A stretch of 20,000 nucleotides of DNA from an uncultured virus (IMG/VR IMGVR_UViG_3300030109_004543) (taxonomy: Duplodnaviria > Heunggongvirae > Uroviricota > Caudoviricetes). Positions within the stretch are counted from its first letter, which is position 1; each line of letters begins with the position of its first letter. The notes beneath the pieces are model-generated. The model saw nothing but the letters and a program-made list of their open reading frames with translations, did not search any database and was not told the origin of the DNA. Location: IMG/VR virus record IMGVR_UViG_3300030109_004543. The stretch is one strand, 5' to 3'. Positions 1-8,797 of the stretch are shown piece by piece. The position numbers and the translations under genes were made by a program.

Positions 1-61
1 TATTCAAGTAAACCCCGGTGGCAATGCTGTAGATGTAGAACTATTTGTAGCTAGTGCATAA
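1..61 (+). CDS. 3' end of upstream gene (…IQVNPGGNAVDVELFVASA*), probably in the structural operon
   Basis: Open frame from base 2 to TAA 59-61, immediately before the AAGGA SD of the protease gene. Confidence 0.55.
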   Translation, partial: IQVNPGGNAVDVELFVASA

Positions 62-73
62 AGGAAATAAATT

Positions 74-1396
74 ATGACAACTGAAATAGATAAAGATACT
101 TGGTCTAAAGCTTTATACCAATTCGTAGAAGATGATGCTGAAATCCTTCCATTAGAGAAAGCAACTGATGGAAGAACTACAATGGATGAAATTGGGGGAG
201 CTTTAGAAGAATATAAAAAATTATTTAAAGCAGGAATAGCCTCGAAAGCTGAGATATTAACTCTATCAAGAGCTTTTCCTGATAGCCCTGAATATACCGA
301 AGCTGCTAAACCTCTCCTAGATGGAGAACCTATGGTAGTTGGAGGACCGGCCTCTGTTGAATTAATCGATAGAGAAGGTCATATGATTACTTCAAATGCT
401 TTAAAGAAAGCTTTTGGAAACTATATGAAGAGTTTTAGAACTAGAAATGCAATGGTTTTACACTCTGATGTTCAAGTAGGATGGTGTTTACCTGCTTATA
501 TAAGCAAAGGTGGACAGATATTTAAAAGTGGTGTAGACGATAAAGGCTTGTTCTTTGTCTGTGAAATAAGAGATGATACTCGAATTGCTAAGAGAGTCAT
601 GGAACAAGTAAACGAAGGAAAGCTAAAAAGCTATTCCATTGCAGGAAGTGCTACTAAAATAGAAAATGTACAGAAAGGTTTAGTACCATATATGAGAGTA
701 GATGATATGGAACTAGCTGAAGTAACTGTATGTGAAAAGGGTGTTAATCAATCAGCTTCTTTTGATTTATTGAAAGCTGAGGAAGACGAGAAAGAGAATG
801 CAAAGGAAACTCAGGAAGAAATAAAAATAAAAATACCTGAGCTTAAAAAAGAACTATTTTTTAAATCAGATACTGAAATAGACTTCTTAACTACCTTTGT
901 AAATTATAATGATACTATTATAAACAAGGCTAAAGACCCTTTAACATCTAAAGAAGCTTTCACTACTCTACACAATTATGGGGGAAGAGTGGAAGAACAC
1001 AACGAATTATTAGATAGAATGAAATTTCCTGATGAATTAGCCCCTGAAACATTAAGATATGCAACTGTAATACATGGAAAACAAAGCAAAGATGGGAAAA
1101 ATATAGTATCTTATAAACCCGGAATTGTAAATCAAGCAGGTGAAATGCTTGGAGATAAACATGATGAAGATGCTTCAACTTTTAAAACAAGTGATAAAAA
1201 CAAATCTAGAAAAAAAGCAAATACAATCTCAATAACTAAAACCTTTCTAGAATTTGAAAAGAGATTTAAGAAGAAGAAGAAATCTAAGAAAGCAGGTATA
1301 GGAAATCTTGGCTGGGCTGCAGGAATATTAGCTGGTCTAGCTGCCCCTATAGCCCCTAAATACAATCCGGAAACATCGAGTTTTGAATGGAACTAA
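74..1396 (+). CDS. Phage prohead (capsid maturation) serine protease, HK97/XkdF-like, with N- and C-terminal extensions
   Basis: Motifs GGPASVELIDREGHMI, VLHSDVQVG, GKLKSYSIAG, LAEVTVCEKGVNQSASFDLLK typical of prohead proteases; SD AAGGA at 61-65. Confidence 0.85.
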   Translation: MTTEIDKDTWSKALYQFVEDDAEILPLEKATDGRTTMDEIGGALEEYKKLFKAGIASKAEILTLSRAFPDSPEYTEAAKPLLDGEPMVVGGPASVELIDREGHMITSNALKKAFGNYMKSFRTRNAMVLHSDVQVGWCLPAYISKGGQIFKSGVDDKGLFFVCEIRDDTRIAKRVMEQVNEGKLKSYSIAGSATKIENVQKGLVPYMRVDDMELAEVTVCEKGVNQSASFDLLKAEEDEKENAKETQEEIKIKIPELKKELFFKSDTEIDFLTTFVNYNDTIINKAKDPLTSKEAFTTLHNYGGRVEEHNELLDRMKFPDELAPETLRYATVIHGKQSKDGKNIVSYKPGIVNQAGEMLGDKHDEDASTFKTSDKNKSRKKANTISITKTFLEFEKRFKKKKKSKKAGIGNLGWAAGILAGLAAPIAPKYNPETSSFEWN

Positions 1397-1398
1397 CC

Positions 1399-1548
1399 AT
1401 GTGGGCAGTAACAGATGATTATATGGCTCTCGCAGAGTGTGATTTAGGAGTTTGCAGTATAGACCATTGTATGTGGGAATGCGAATTTGAATGTATAGAA
1501 AATAGTATAAATGAAGAATGTAATTGTATGTGGGAAGGAGTATTATGA
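1399..1548 (+). CDS. 49-aa acidic Cys-rich peptide (not in ORF track)
   Basis: MWAVTDDYMALAECDLGVCSIDHCMWECEFECIENSINEECNCMWEGVL; fills the gap exactly and overlaps the next ORF at ATGA. Confidence 0.55.
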   Translation: MWAVTDDYMALAECDLGVCSIDHCMWECEFECIENSINEECNCMWEGVL

Positions 1549-1679
1549 AAAAATGGAAAGCATCGTTATTAGCTACAGCAGTAGCAGGGACAACTATATT
1601 AGCAATAATAGGATACCGAGAAGTACTTAATAGTATAGTTAACGGAATAACATTAGATTCATTAACAACAAATGAATAA
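1545..1679 (+). CDS. 44-aa single-TM membrane peptide (not in ORF track)
   Basis: SD AAGGAG 1535-1540; MKKWKASLLATAVAGTTILAIIGYREV…. Confidence 0.6.
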   Translation: MKKWKASLLATAVAGTTILAIIGYREVLNSIVNGITLDSLTTNE

Positions 1680-1704
1680 AAGAAACACAGGAAAGAGATC
1701 AAAG

Positions 1705-1854
1705 ATGTCACCTTTTAAACCTCAAATTTTTGTAGCCTTAATATTACTGTCCATACTTGGTGGAGCAGGACTTTACTTTGGTCATATAGAAGTTACTACA
1801 GGTTGTACAGGTGGTGTAATTGCTCTATCAATGAAACTTTTAGAAAATGAATAA
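1705..1854 (+). CDS. Small two-TM membrane protein (holin-like candidate)
   Basis: MSPFKPQIFVALILLSILGGAGLYFG…TGCTGGVIALSMKLLE has two hydrophobic segments; ORF track start is 1672. Confidence 0.6.
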   Translation: MSPFKPQIFVALILLSILGGAGLYFGHIEVTTGCTGGVIALSMKLLENE

Positions 1855-1864
1855 CGGAGGCATT

Positions 1865-2110
1865 ATGAATTTACCTTTACTCCCCTTTAGAATGGTTATA
1901 CTTATCGTTACTGCGATTATCGGAGCTTTTGTCGGTGGTATAATTAGTGCTTTAAGACTTTTAATTAAATGTTCTTTCGATGGTAAAATAACTAAGAAAG
2001 AGCAGGAACAGGTGGAAAAGATCACTTGGGCTGCGACATGGAAATCTATGGGAGCAATTCCAATGATAACTGTATGTAGTGATTGTGGTGATGGTTGTAC
2101 CTGTAAATAA
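1865..2110 (+). CDS. Small membrane protein with Cys-rich C-terminus
   Basis: SD GGAGG 1856-1860; N-terminal TM helix; ends CSDCGDGCTCK. Confidence 0.65.
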   Translation: MNLPLLPFRMVILIVTAIIGAFVGGIISALRLLIKCSFDGKITKKEQEQVEKITWAATWKSMGAIPMITVCSDCGDGCTCK

Positions 2111-2129
2111 TTAATATTTAAATAAGATG

Positions 2130-2172
2130 AAAATTCCCTTTGGCTTTCTTACAAGTTGAAGGGAATTTTTTT
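2130..2172 (+). terminator. Intrinsic terminator (potentially bidirectional) ending the late operon
   Basis: AAAATTCCCTTTGGCTT-TCTTAC-AAGTTGAAGGGAATTTT stem with G-U pairs, ending in a T-run. Confidence 0.85.
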
Positions 2173-2177
2173 ATGTA

Positions 2178-2207
2178 TTGACAAAGCTAGATTGATTCAG
2201 ATATAAT
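2178..2207 (+). promoter_or_regulatory. Sigma70-type promoter
   Basis: TTGACA-18-TATAAT directly after the terminator. Confidence 0.8.
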
Positions 2208-2227
2208 GTTTTTATTACAAATTTAGT

Positions 2228-2569
2228 TTGGGAGAACTTAATGGGAAATTTAACACCACTATGGTGTTTACTTATATTAGCAACAATAGGATATTACTTG
2301 TGAGTAAATACGAAGACGAAATAAACGAGATACTAAATAGACAATATACTGTTAGTGAACTAAAAGAAAGGTTAGTTAAAACTAGAGAGTTATTGGCTAT
2401 GGCAAATCAATGTGATAGAGGACAGGTTTTAAAAAGACATTTAAAACTATGTGAAACTCTATTAAGTTCTATTAGATGTCATGATTGTGTGAGGGAATTC
2501 GGAGATTCGATTAAGGAACTTAAGGAACTTTATGAGTATGAGAGTGACGATAATAAAGGTTATGTATGA
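2228..2569 (+). CDS. Hypothetical protein (true start possibly GTG 2300)
   Basis: ORF track; helical, CxxC; overlaps next gene at ATGA. Confidence 0.65.
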   Translation: MGELNGKFNTTMVFTYISNNRILLVSKYEDEINEILNRQYTVSELKERLVKTRELLAMANQCDRGQVLKRHLKLCETLLSSIRCHDCVREFGDSIKELKELYEYESDDNKGYV

Positions 2570-3168
2570 GTAAAGAAAACTTCAGCATAGATTTAATTAC
2601 TAAACATGAAGCCTCAGAAGTATTAAGTAAGTTTCATTACTTAACATCTTTAAGCAGAGGTTTTAAATCAGGAATTAATTTTGGTTTATTTGATGAAGAA
2701 GGGTCGTTAAGGGGAGTCTGTATTTTTACAGGCTTTCCTGTACCTGAATTATCAAAAGGATTGTTTGGATTAGACAGGGAAGACCAAGAAGGTCTTTACG
2801 AGTTAAGCAGATTATGTATGCATCCTAAAACACAGGAAGAGGAATATAATATTACTTCTTGGTTTGTAGCTAGATGTATAAAGGAATTAAAGAAGCAGGG
2901 AAAAGTAAGGGCTTTATTAAGTTATGCTGATACTGATTATCATAGTGGTATAATATATAGAGCTTTAAGTTTCGATTACTATGGGCTTACTGCCCCTAAG
3001 AAAGACTTTTATATTAAAACATCTGAAGGAAGTTATCTAAAACATTCTAGGGGTAAGGTAAAAGGGTTAGAAGGAGAGTGGAGAGATAGGACAAGGAAAC
3101 ATAGATATTTAAAAGTATTTGATAAAAAATTAAAACCTAAGTGGGAGAAAATAAAATGGCAAATGTAA
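2566..3168 (+). CDS. mom: Mom-family (GNAT-fold) DNA adenine modification enzyme
   Basis: FHYL…FGLF…GVCIF…YELSRL…SWFVARC…LLSYAD…HSGIIYRA…YYGLT matches the motif order of Mu Mom-like proteins. Confidence 0.8.
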   Translation: MSKENFSIDLITKHEASEVLSKFHYLTSLSRGFKSGINFGLFDEEGSLRGVCIFTGFPVPELSKGLFGLDREDQEGLYELSRLCMHPKTQEEEYNITSWFVARCIKELKKQGKVRALLSYADTDYHSGIIYRALSFDYYGLTAPKKDFYIKTSEGSYLKHSRGKVKGLEGEWRDRTRKHRYLKVFDKKLKPKWEKIKWQM

Positions 3169-3317
3169 TGCAATATATGATTCAAAGACACGAAGAATAT
3201 ACAGCGAGAGTAGACGAATTAGAGAAAAGATTACATGCTGTAGAGGAAAAAGTGGCTCAAATACAGTATAATATAGAAAGACTAGATGAGTTTTTACGAA
3301 TAAAATTATCAGATTAG
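3168..3317 (+). CDS. 49-aa coiled-coil peptide (not in ORF track)
   Basis: TAATG coupling to mom; RVDELEKRLHAVEEKVAQIQYNIERLDE heptads. Confidence 0.6.
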   Translation: MQYMIQRHEEYTARVDELEKRLHAVEEKVAQIQYNIERLDEFLRIKLSD

Positions 3318-3325
3318 GAGTATTT

Positions 3326-3481
3326 ATGTATTCATTCTACGACAAATTTAAGGAATTGATAGGAGAAACTGTGTTCTTTAACAAAGCTTCTATCTCAAGA
3401 CCCCCAACTGCTCATGAAATCTACAAGAGATTTAACATAGAAGCTGAAGTCACGGAAGAAGACGAAGAAGATGATGAGTAA
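3326..3481 (+). CDS. 51-aa hypothetical protein with acidic tail (not in ORF track)
   Basis: SD AGGAG 3316-3320; ends EEDEEDDE. Confidence 0.6.
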   Translation: MYSFYDKFKELIGETVFFNKASISRPPTAHEIYKRFNIEAEVTEEDEEDDE

Positions 3482-3596
3482 TTGGAAGAATAGAGATAAG
3501 AAAGTAGGGAAAAGAAAAGCTTATACCTTCAAAGCACATAAGAAGACTACCCCACAAGCAAAGAAAAACAAGACTTCTATAGGAAGACGAGTTTAA
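3471..3596 (+). CDS. 41-aa very basic peptide (not in ORF track)
   Basis: MMSNWKNRDKKVGKRKAYTFKAHKK…; tiles the gap. Confidence 0.5.
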   Translation: MMSNWKNRDKKVGKRKAYTFKAHKKTTPQAKKNKTSIGRRV

Positions 3597-3597
3597 A

Positions 3598-3765
3598 ATG
3601 AGTGGCTTCTCTTGGGCAAAATTTATTAAAAGTGGTTTTCCCCTACTCTGTTTAATTTCTAATTGTAAGAAATGGGAATTAGAAGTATGGGAAAGCAGGA
3701 CTTCGTATCAAAATACTTTGATAAGATGTACCAAATGTAATAGAATTATAGGTAAGATTAGGTAA
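3598..3765 (+). CDS. 55-aa putative Zn-binding peptide (not in ORF track)
   Basis: CLISNC…CTKC; tiles the gap. Confidence 0.5.
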   Translation: MSGFSWAKFIKSGFPLLCLISNCKKWELEVWESRTSYQNTLIRCTKCNRIIGKIR

Positions 3766-3769
3766 GAAA

Positions 3770-4015
3770 ATGGATTTAATTGTAATATTTATGGGGCTTA
3801 ATCTCTTGATTAACCTCATTGCAGTACTTGTTTTAGGGTGGATTAATTTCAGAATCTACTTCATTTCCCAAGATATTTTAAAAGTTAGTGTTGACCTTTT
3901 AAATGAAACTGTTATAATTAAAAAAGATACAAAGCATATTAAAGGTGAAACAATTTTAATAAAAGATGAAACTGTTGATATGCATAAAACGATAGGAAAG
4001 GATATAGATGTTTAA
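3770..4015 (+). CDS. Membrane-anchored hypothetical protein with short internal repeat
   Basis: N-terminal TM; ETVIIKKDT/ETILIKDET repeats. Confidence 0.7.
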   Translation: MDLIVIFMGLNLLINLIAVLVLGWINFRIYFISQDILKVSVDLLNETVIIKKDTKHIKGETILIKDETVDMHKTIGKDIDV

Positions 4016-4133
4016 AATAAAAAATACTTTTTGGTACAGAAGATTATTTTTAGGATTATTAGGAAGTATGCTTTCTATAGTATTTGGTTTAGGATTTATG
4101 ATAGGATTTATATTAGGAGCAGTATATGGGTAA
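4008..4133 (+). CDS. 41-aa membrane peptide (not in ORF track)
   Basis: SD AAGGA; LFLGLLGSMLSIVFGLGFMIGFILGAVYG. Confidence 0.6.
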   Translation: MFKIKNTFWYRRLFLGLLGSMLSIVFGLGFMIGFILGAVYG

Positions 4134-4350
4134 AATAAGGATAACGAAGGAACATGCTGACAGGACTTCTCAACATATGGGGTTGATAGGGACAGTAATA
4201 AGAGAAGGAATAGAGGAAGAGGGACTTGCATATTTAAAGTCAGCAGGGGGAAAGATGTGGTGTAATTTAACAGGGGTTAACTCAGAAAATCTAATGAGAG
4301 TAATTATAGGAAAATCCAACAGGAAATTTGATCCTAATGCCCTTATATAA
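4126..4350 (+). CDS. Hypothetical protein
   Basis: SD AGGAG; ORF track. Confidence 0.7.
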   Translation: MGKIRITKEHADRTSQHMGLIGTVIREGIEEEGLAYLKSAGGKMWCNLTGVNSENLMRVIIGKSNRKFDPNALI

Positions 4351-4663
4351 AGTATGTGTAAATAAAATTATAGTAGATACTTATGTGATAAAAGCAGAAG
4401 ATGAGAATCATGCATTCAGTCGTGTTAGAGAAGGGAAAGCATTTGTTTCTGATTCAACTAAATTAGATGGAGATGGGATAGAAGTTATCGAGATAAATCA
4501 AGAAGATGCAGACAGGTGGTTTGACACGAACAAGGAAGATAGTGTATACTTTGAATTGACTGATGGAGTGTGGGTAGCGAATATTTATAAAAAAGAAATG
4601 GATAAAGACCATGCAGAAAAGTGGGGGAAAAATGAAGAAACTTTCAAACAAGATGATTCCTAA
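4337..4663 (+). CDS. Hypothetical protein
   Basis: ORF track (4328); MPLYKV…YVIKAEDENHA pattern resembles small phage proteins. Confidence 0.7.
   Translation: MPLYKVCVNKIIVDTYVIKAEDENHAFSRVREGKAFVSDSTKLDGDGIEVIEINQEDADRWFDTNKEDSVYFELTDGVWVANIYKKEMDKDHAEKWGKNEETFKQDDS
4521..4550 (+). promoter_or_regulatory. Intragenic sigma70-type promoter
   Basis: TTGACA-18-TATACT. Confidence 0.55.
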
Positions 4664-4790
4664 TTGGATAAAGAGGAAAAGGAAACAAAGGAAGCAAAAG
4701 GATTATGCTATGAGAACATTCCTTATAGTAGCCTTTCTTATTATACTTTTAGGGGCATACGATAACTGTACTGATTTGATTCTTAGATGA
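4632..4790 (+). CDS. 52-aa basic, membrane-anchored peptide (not in ORF track)
   Basis: KRKRKQRKQK followed by TM FLIVAFLIILLGA. Confidence 0.55.
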   Translation: MKKLSNKMIPNWIKRKRKQRKQKDYAMRTFLIVAFLIILLGAYDNCTDLILR

Positions 4791-4804
4791 TTTCGTGGTA
4801 TAAT
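4776..4804 (+). promoter_or_regulatory. Sigma70-type promoter, extended -10
   Basis: TTGATT-17-TATAAT with TGn. Confidence 0.75.
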
Positions 4805-4821
4805 AGTATACAGAGGTACTT

Positions 4822-5406
4822 ATGAAACCAACAAAAATAGTTAAAGAATTAGATAAAGAACAAGGTATAACATACACAGTTACAATAACGGATTATCATA
4901 AATCCCCAAATAACCCTGTTGTGCCTTATGACACAGATGTAGAAGTAATTACATATAAAAGAAAGAATACTCCTAAAGACTATCATGCTTGGGTCAAGAG
5001 ATATTATAAACAATATGAAGATAGAAAGGATTGGTACTACACTCGTAAATATCCTAAACTTGTTTATAAAGGTCAAAGAGTAAAAGGAGTATCTAAAAAG
5101 ATTACAAGATATTTAAAAGAGAAGAAAGCTTTTTGGCTAACTGTTGTAGAAAAGAATAAAATAGAATATAGATGGTGGATTGATTCTTTTGGACATATAT
5201 GTCAAGTAGATACAGACCAAAAATTTTTAGGTGTAGGCATTCTTGGATATAGATATAAAGGTCAAATCCATTTAACTCAAGTATTAGATTTATTTACAAC
5301 TACCGAAGGTACTAAAGTATCTATGGAAAAAATATTAAAACTTCTTAAACCTATTAAAAGTGAGCCTGTAAAAAGGAGAAGAAGTATTTCAAGGGGGAGA
5401 ATATAA
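4822..5406 (+). CDS. Basic hypothetical protein
   Basis: SD GAGG; 194 aa, Lys/Tyr-rich. Confidence 0.8.
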   Translation: MKPTKIVKELDKEQGITYTVTITDYHKSPNNPVVPYDTDVEVITYKRKNTPKDYHAWVKRYYKQYEDRKDWYYTRKYPKLVYKGQRVKGVSKKITRYLKEKKAFWLTVVEKNKIEYRWWIDSFGHICQVDTDQKFLGVGILGYRYKGQIHLTQVLDLFTTTEGTKVSMEKILKLLKPIKSEPVKRRRSISRGRI

Positions 5407-5900
5407 TGAAATTTACAAATTTTGATCACAATGGATTCATAGAAATTGATATAGATAAACAGTTAGAGGACAATTTCGTAAAGCTTAAAATGGCTAATAG
5501 TGTAGAAGTCTTACACCCTTTAGCAAAATTAGTATTCGATTTAGAAGTATTATTAAATTATATTATTTTTAGAGTTATGAATAATAAAACCAATGAGATG
5601 TTCTTTGTATCTAATCAGATAGCTAATATACTCGCCTACATTGGATTCTCTCAGTTTGATGAATTAAAACCACAACTTGATAGAATAGAAAAAGGAAACA
5701 TAGAAAACAAGAATGAAGATATTTATGGAGAATACATTGGAGATTCTATACAAAGACTTTTAGGTATAGTACAAAGTTTTGAAGTAATCGATATAAAGGA
5801 TTCAGAGAATACAGGTTTGACAGATGGGAAAATGAATGATAAGCTTAAAAATAAATGGGATACATTGTTAAAGGATATAATAGATGATAACCAAGAATAA
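5406..5900 (+). CDS. Hypothetical protein
   Basis: TAATG coupling; SD GGGGAG. Confidence 0.8.
   Translation: MKFTNFDHNGFIEIDIDKQLEDNFVKLKMANSVEVLHPLAKLVFDLEVLLNYIIFRVMNNKTNEMFFVSNQIANILAYIGFSQFDELKPQLDRIEKGNIENKNEDIYGEYIGDSIQRLLGIVQSFEVIDIKDSENTGLTDGKMNDKLKNKWDTLLKDIIDDNQE
5817..5845 (+). promoter_or_regulatory. Intragenic sigma70-type promoter, extended -10
   Basis: TTGACA-17-TAAGCT with TGn. Confidence 0.55.
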
Positions 5901-6291
5901 GAAAAGAGCAGAAAAGTTTGTAAATAATAATCTTCAGAGAAACCAATATCAAGGACATATCTCTTGGTGTATGGATTCAAAATGCTATGGAGTAAACTTC
6001 TTCTCTATTAAATCTTATGACACTAAATGGATTAGTAGAATATTAAATGACCCTACTTTACAATATTCTTGTAGGTGGTGTGGGACAAAAGGACAGTTTA
6101 ACTCTGTAATGTTTATGAATGGAGAACTTAATGCCAAGTTTTATAGAGAACTTAGAGAGGGGCAGATAGACAGATGTGTTACTTATATAAGTGGATTTCT
6201 ATGGAAAATAGGAAACAAAGTTAGGAAAGAAAGTTTGAAAGAACTAATGAAGGAACTCTTAATTCATGAGGAGAGATTTGATGAAGATTAA
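5884..6291 (+). CDS. Putative Zn-binding hypothetical protein
   Basis: CMDSKC…CRWC. Confidence 0.7.
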   Translation: MITKNKKRAEKFVNNNLQRNQYQGHISWCMDSKCYGVNFFSIKSYDTKWISRILNDPTLQYSCRWCGTKGQFNSVMFMNGELNAKFYRELREGQIDRCVTYISGFLWKIGNKVRKESLKELMKELLIHEERFDED

Positions 6292-6589
6292 AGATACTTG
6301 GGAAGATAGGAATAGTTTTGACCAAGCTTTCTATTCATTAGCTGATGATTGGTCTAAGTATATGATTAGATGTGATCAGCTAGATGTAAAGGGTACAGAC
6401 GATTCTAAAGATGATGAAATTAACTATGGATTATTAGAGAATATAGTTTTCTATGTTTTAGGTACTTGGTTTCATGATGAAGGTCAACTTCATATAGATT
6501 TAGAGCATTGTTATAAAACCGAGTGGGAAACCAAACTAGAAGAAGCCTTACATAAGTTTGAAGACTTAAGGAAAGGATATGACGAATAA
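6281..6589 (+). CDS. Acidic hypothetical protein
   Basis: SD GAGGAG 6268-6273; ORF track start 6266. Confidence 0.75.
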   Translation: MKIKDTWEDRNSFDQAFYSLADDWSKYMIRCDQLDVKGTDDSKDDEINYGLLENIVFYVLGTWFHDEGQLHIDLEHCYKTEWETKLEEALHKFEDLRKGYDE

Positions 6590-6758
6590 TTTTAATCAAC
6601 AACATTGTTCAGATAAGAATTGTACTTTAACTAAGGAACAATTTGAACAATTACAAAAATATATAGGGAGTTTGGAATATGGACAAAACAGATTCTACGA
6701 AACCGAATATGAAGAAGCAAACGAAGAAGCAAGAAGAGAAGCCGAAGATTATAATTGA
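6579..6758 (+). CDS. 59-aa hypothetical protein (not in ORF track; overlaps next ORF)
   Basis: SD AAGGA; MTNNFNQQHCSDKNC…EAEDYN. Confidence 0.45.
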   Translation: MTNNFNQQHCSDKNCTLTKEQFEQLQKYIGSLEYGQNRFYETEYEEANEEARREAEDYN

Positions 6759-7065
6759 AAAGCTTGAGATAGAAGCTAAAGATTTACCTAAAGAGTTACC
6801 GAAAAAAACTGAGGTAAAAAAGGAAGAGGTACTGAAGCAAGGGGAAGCTAAATGTGATAGATGTAAGATGACCTTTGAAGAAAGACTTGCTTATAAAGTA
6901 GAGATGTCAGATAATCTTCAATGGGGAGAGTATCAAGACAACGACAAAAACCTTACTGTATCTAATGCTATGAAAGAATTGGGATTTTACATAATCTGTG
7001 ATACCTGCTATAATACTTCTATTGATGGTAGTACAGGTAGCATAAGTCGTGAATGGTTTGAATAA
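6679..7065 (+). CDS. Putative Zn-finger protein
   Basis: CDRC…CDTC; start uncertain. Confidence 0.7.
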   Translation: MDKTDSTKPNMKKQTKKQEEKPKIIIEKLEIEAKDLPKELPKKTEVKKEEVLKQGEAKCDRCKMTFEERLAYKVEMSDNLQWGEYQDNDKNLTVSNAMKELGFYIICDTCYNTSIDGSTGSISREWFE

Positions 7066-7076
7066 TGAAGGGGTTT

Positions 7077-7105
7077 TTGACAAAATTAAAAAAATGGTTT
7101 AAACT
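7077..7105 (+). promoter_or_regulatory. Sigma70-type promoter
   Basis: TTGACA-17-TAAACT, intergenic. Confidence 0.8.
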
Positions 7106-7158
7106 GTATGCAAAGAAATTTAAAAATATTTATTACACAATAGATTGGGAGAATTGAA

Positions 7159-7767
7159 ATGGCATGGAATAAGTTTCCAAAACAATTACAGATGTTTGGA
7201 TTTCCGAAAGAAGTACAATTAGATTATGTTTTAAGAAAAGATGTAATCCTTGAAAAGCTAATTGATTTAGATATTCGAGATGAACAAACATATAATAATC
7301 AAGACTTTTATTTAGGTAGTGAGCAAAGACTTAAATATTTATTGATTACAACTGAAACTTTTTATTGGTCGCATGATGAGGAAGAAGATAATAAATACTA
7401 TGATTGTATTAATCTAGCTACCTTAGAAGTTAATAACTTTGATTTAGCTAAAGAACTTCTATTCATGGATTCAGTAGATTTATATCATTATGTAGAGATA
7501 GAAAAAAGTTATGAGTGGATAGGGGAAGACTACGAACATATAACAGACTATATAGATTTTGTTGAATACAGGCAAGATAAATACAGGTGGTTAAACCAAT
7601 CTGAAAATTGGGATAGCGATAAAATGAATATAGAAAGAGTAACCCTTAAAGAATTACTTGCAAGGTATAGACCACTAGAACATAGATATACAATGTCTGA
7701 TGTTGCTATGGATAGAATGGAAAAGGAATTAGTAGCACAGAACAGGGGGTATTATGCCCTTACCTAG
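7159..7767 (+). CDS. Acidic hypothetical protein
   Basis: SD GGGAG; 202 aa. Confidence 0.8.
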   Translation: MAWNKFPKQLQMFGFPKEVQLDYVLRKDVILEKLIDLDIRDEQTYNNQDFYLGSEQRLKYLLITTETFYWSHDEEEDNKYYDCINLATLEVNNFDLAKELLFMDSVDLYHYVEIEKSYEWIGEDYEHITDYIDFVEYRQDKYRWLNQSENWDSDKMNIERVTLKELLARYRPLEHRYTMSDVAMDRMEKELVAQNRGYYALT

Positions 7768-7999
7768 AAGAGTAGAACAAGCAAGTAAAGAAAAGGTTAT
7801 ACAGGTTAGTCAGCAAATACTATTTGACACACTTAATGATATTAAGGTACAATTAGATTCGATTGATGATAAAGTATGGGAAGATATTGAAAAGGAACTT
7901 AATACTATAGAAGAACTTATTTCAAACCATGAACATATAGATTTAGAATATATGATTGATAATCAACTTAGATTAGAAGGAACAGGATTAAAAACATGA
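7754..7999 (+). CDS. Hypothetical helical protein
   Basis: SD GGGGG; ORF track. Confidence 0.7.
   Translation: MPLPRRVEQASKEKVIQVSQQILFDTLNDIKVQLDSIDDKVWEDIEKELNTIEELISNHEHIDLEYMIDNQLRLEGTGLKT
7824..7853 (+). promoter_or_regulatory. Intragenic sigma70-type promoter
   Basis: TTGACA-18-TACAAT. Confidence 0.5.
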
Positions 8000-8328
8000 G
8001 TAAAGATTTTAGCGAATACATAGATGATTATTGTGAAGATACTTATGGTCATACAAATTGGGCATACTTAGACACATTAACCAAAGAAGAACTAGAAGCT
8101 AACAAAGACAAAGGCGATATAGATAAACTTAATAATCTATTCTTTTATTATGAAGATGATAGTAACAATCTACAGATAGAAGCTATGTTAGAATCTAATG
8201 AATACATTGATGAATATGGAAGGTTATTAAATGAATATGGTCATGTAGTAACTGACTTAAATGGGGAAGCTATTTATGTTGATGATGACAAGATGGAATA
8301 TTATACAGTAAAAGAATATGAGGTTTAG
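7996..8328 (+). CDS. Highly acidic hypothetical protein
   Basis: ATGA overlap; D/E/Y-rich. Confidence 0.75.
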   Translation: MSKDFSEYIDDYCEDTYGHTNWAYLDTLTKEELEANKDKGDIDKLNNLFFYYEDDSNNLQIEAMLESNEYIDEYGRLLNEYGHVVTDLNGEAIYVDDDKMEYYTVKEYEV

Positions 8329-8329
8329 T

Positions 8330-8794
8330 ATGGATAAGGCAGAGTTATTTTTAAATGAATTAGAATCATTATTAGGTCGTTACTTTGATACAGATTGGAA
8401 CTACGATTTTGATTTTGATAAACCTATAACAATAGATGTTCCTATACAAGCTGACGATAAATTAGATACACAATTGTACAGTAGGAATTTACCTAAAAGT
8501 AGAAACTCACACAAGCAACTTCATTGTGCTAGTTGTAATTGTCGTGATCCAAGACTGACAGACGAAGAATATAATTCTATAATAGATGAGTTAATTGAGG
8601 AAGGTTATGAATCACAAACTTGTGATCTAGCTAATGAATGGGCATACTCAAGTTATCTATTGCAGGATAGAGATGAAGCTATCGAACATGGTTATCTTAT
8701 TATTTATTGTGAAGAATGCAGTAACGAGTTAAGATATGATTGTGATGATTATGATGTTCCTATCTGTGATAGTTGTTTAGAAAAAAAGGAGTAA
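8330..8794 (+). CDS. Acidic Cys-rich (Zn-binding) hypothetical protein
   Basis: SD GAGG; HCASCNC, CEEC, CDSC. Confidence 0.75.
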   Translation: MDKAELFLNELESLLGRYFDTDWNYDFDFDKPITIDVPIQADDKLDTQLYSRNLPKSRNSHKQLHCASCNCRDPRLTDEEYNSIIDELIEEGYESQTCDLANEWAYSSYLLQDRDEAIEHGYLIIYCEECSNELRYDCDDYDVPICDSCLEKKE

Positions 8795-8797
8795 AGT

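Noticed and set aside
3372..3384. boxA-like TGTTCTTTAACAA
   Set aside because: It lies within a coding frame with no nearby promoter or boxB; plausible by chance in AT-rich DNA
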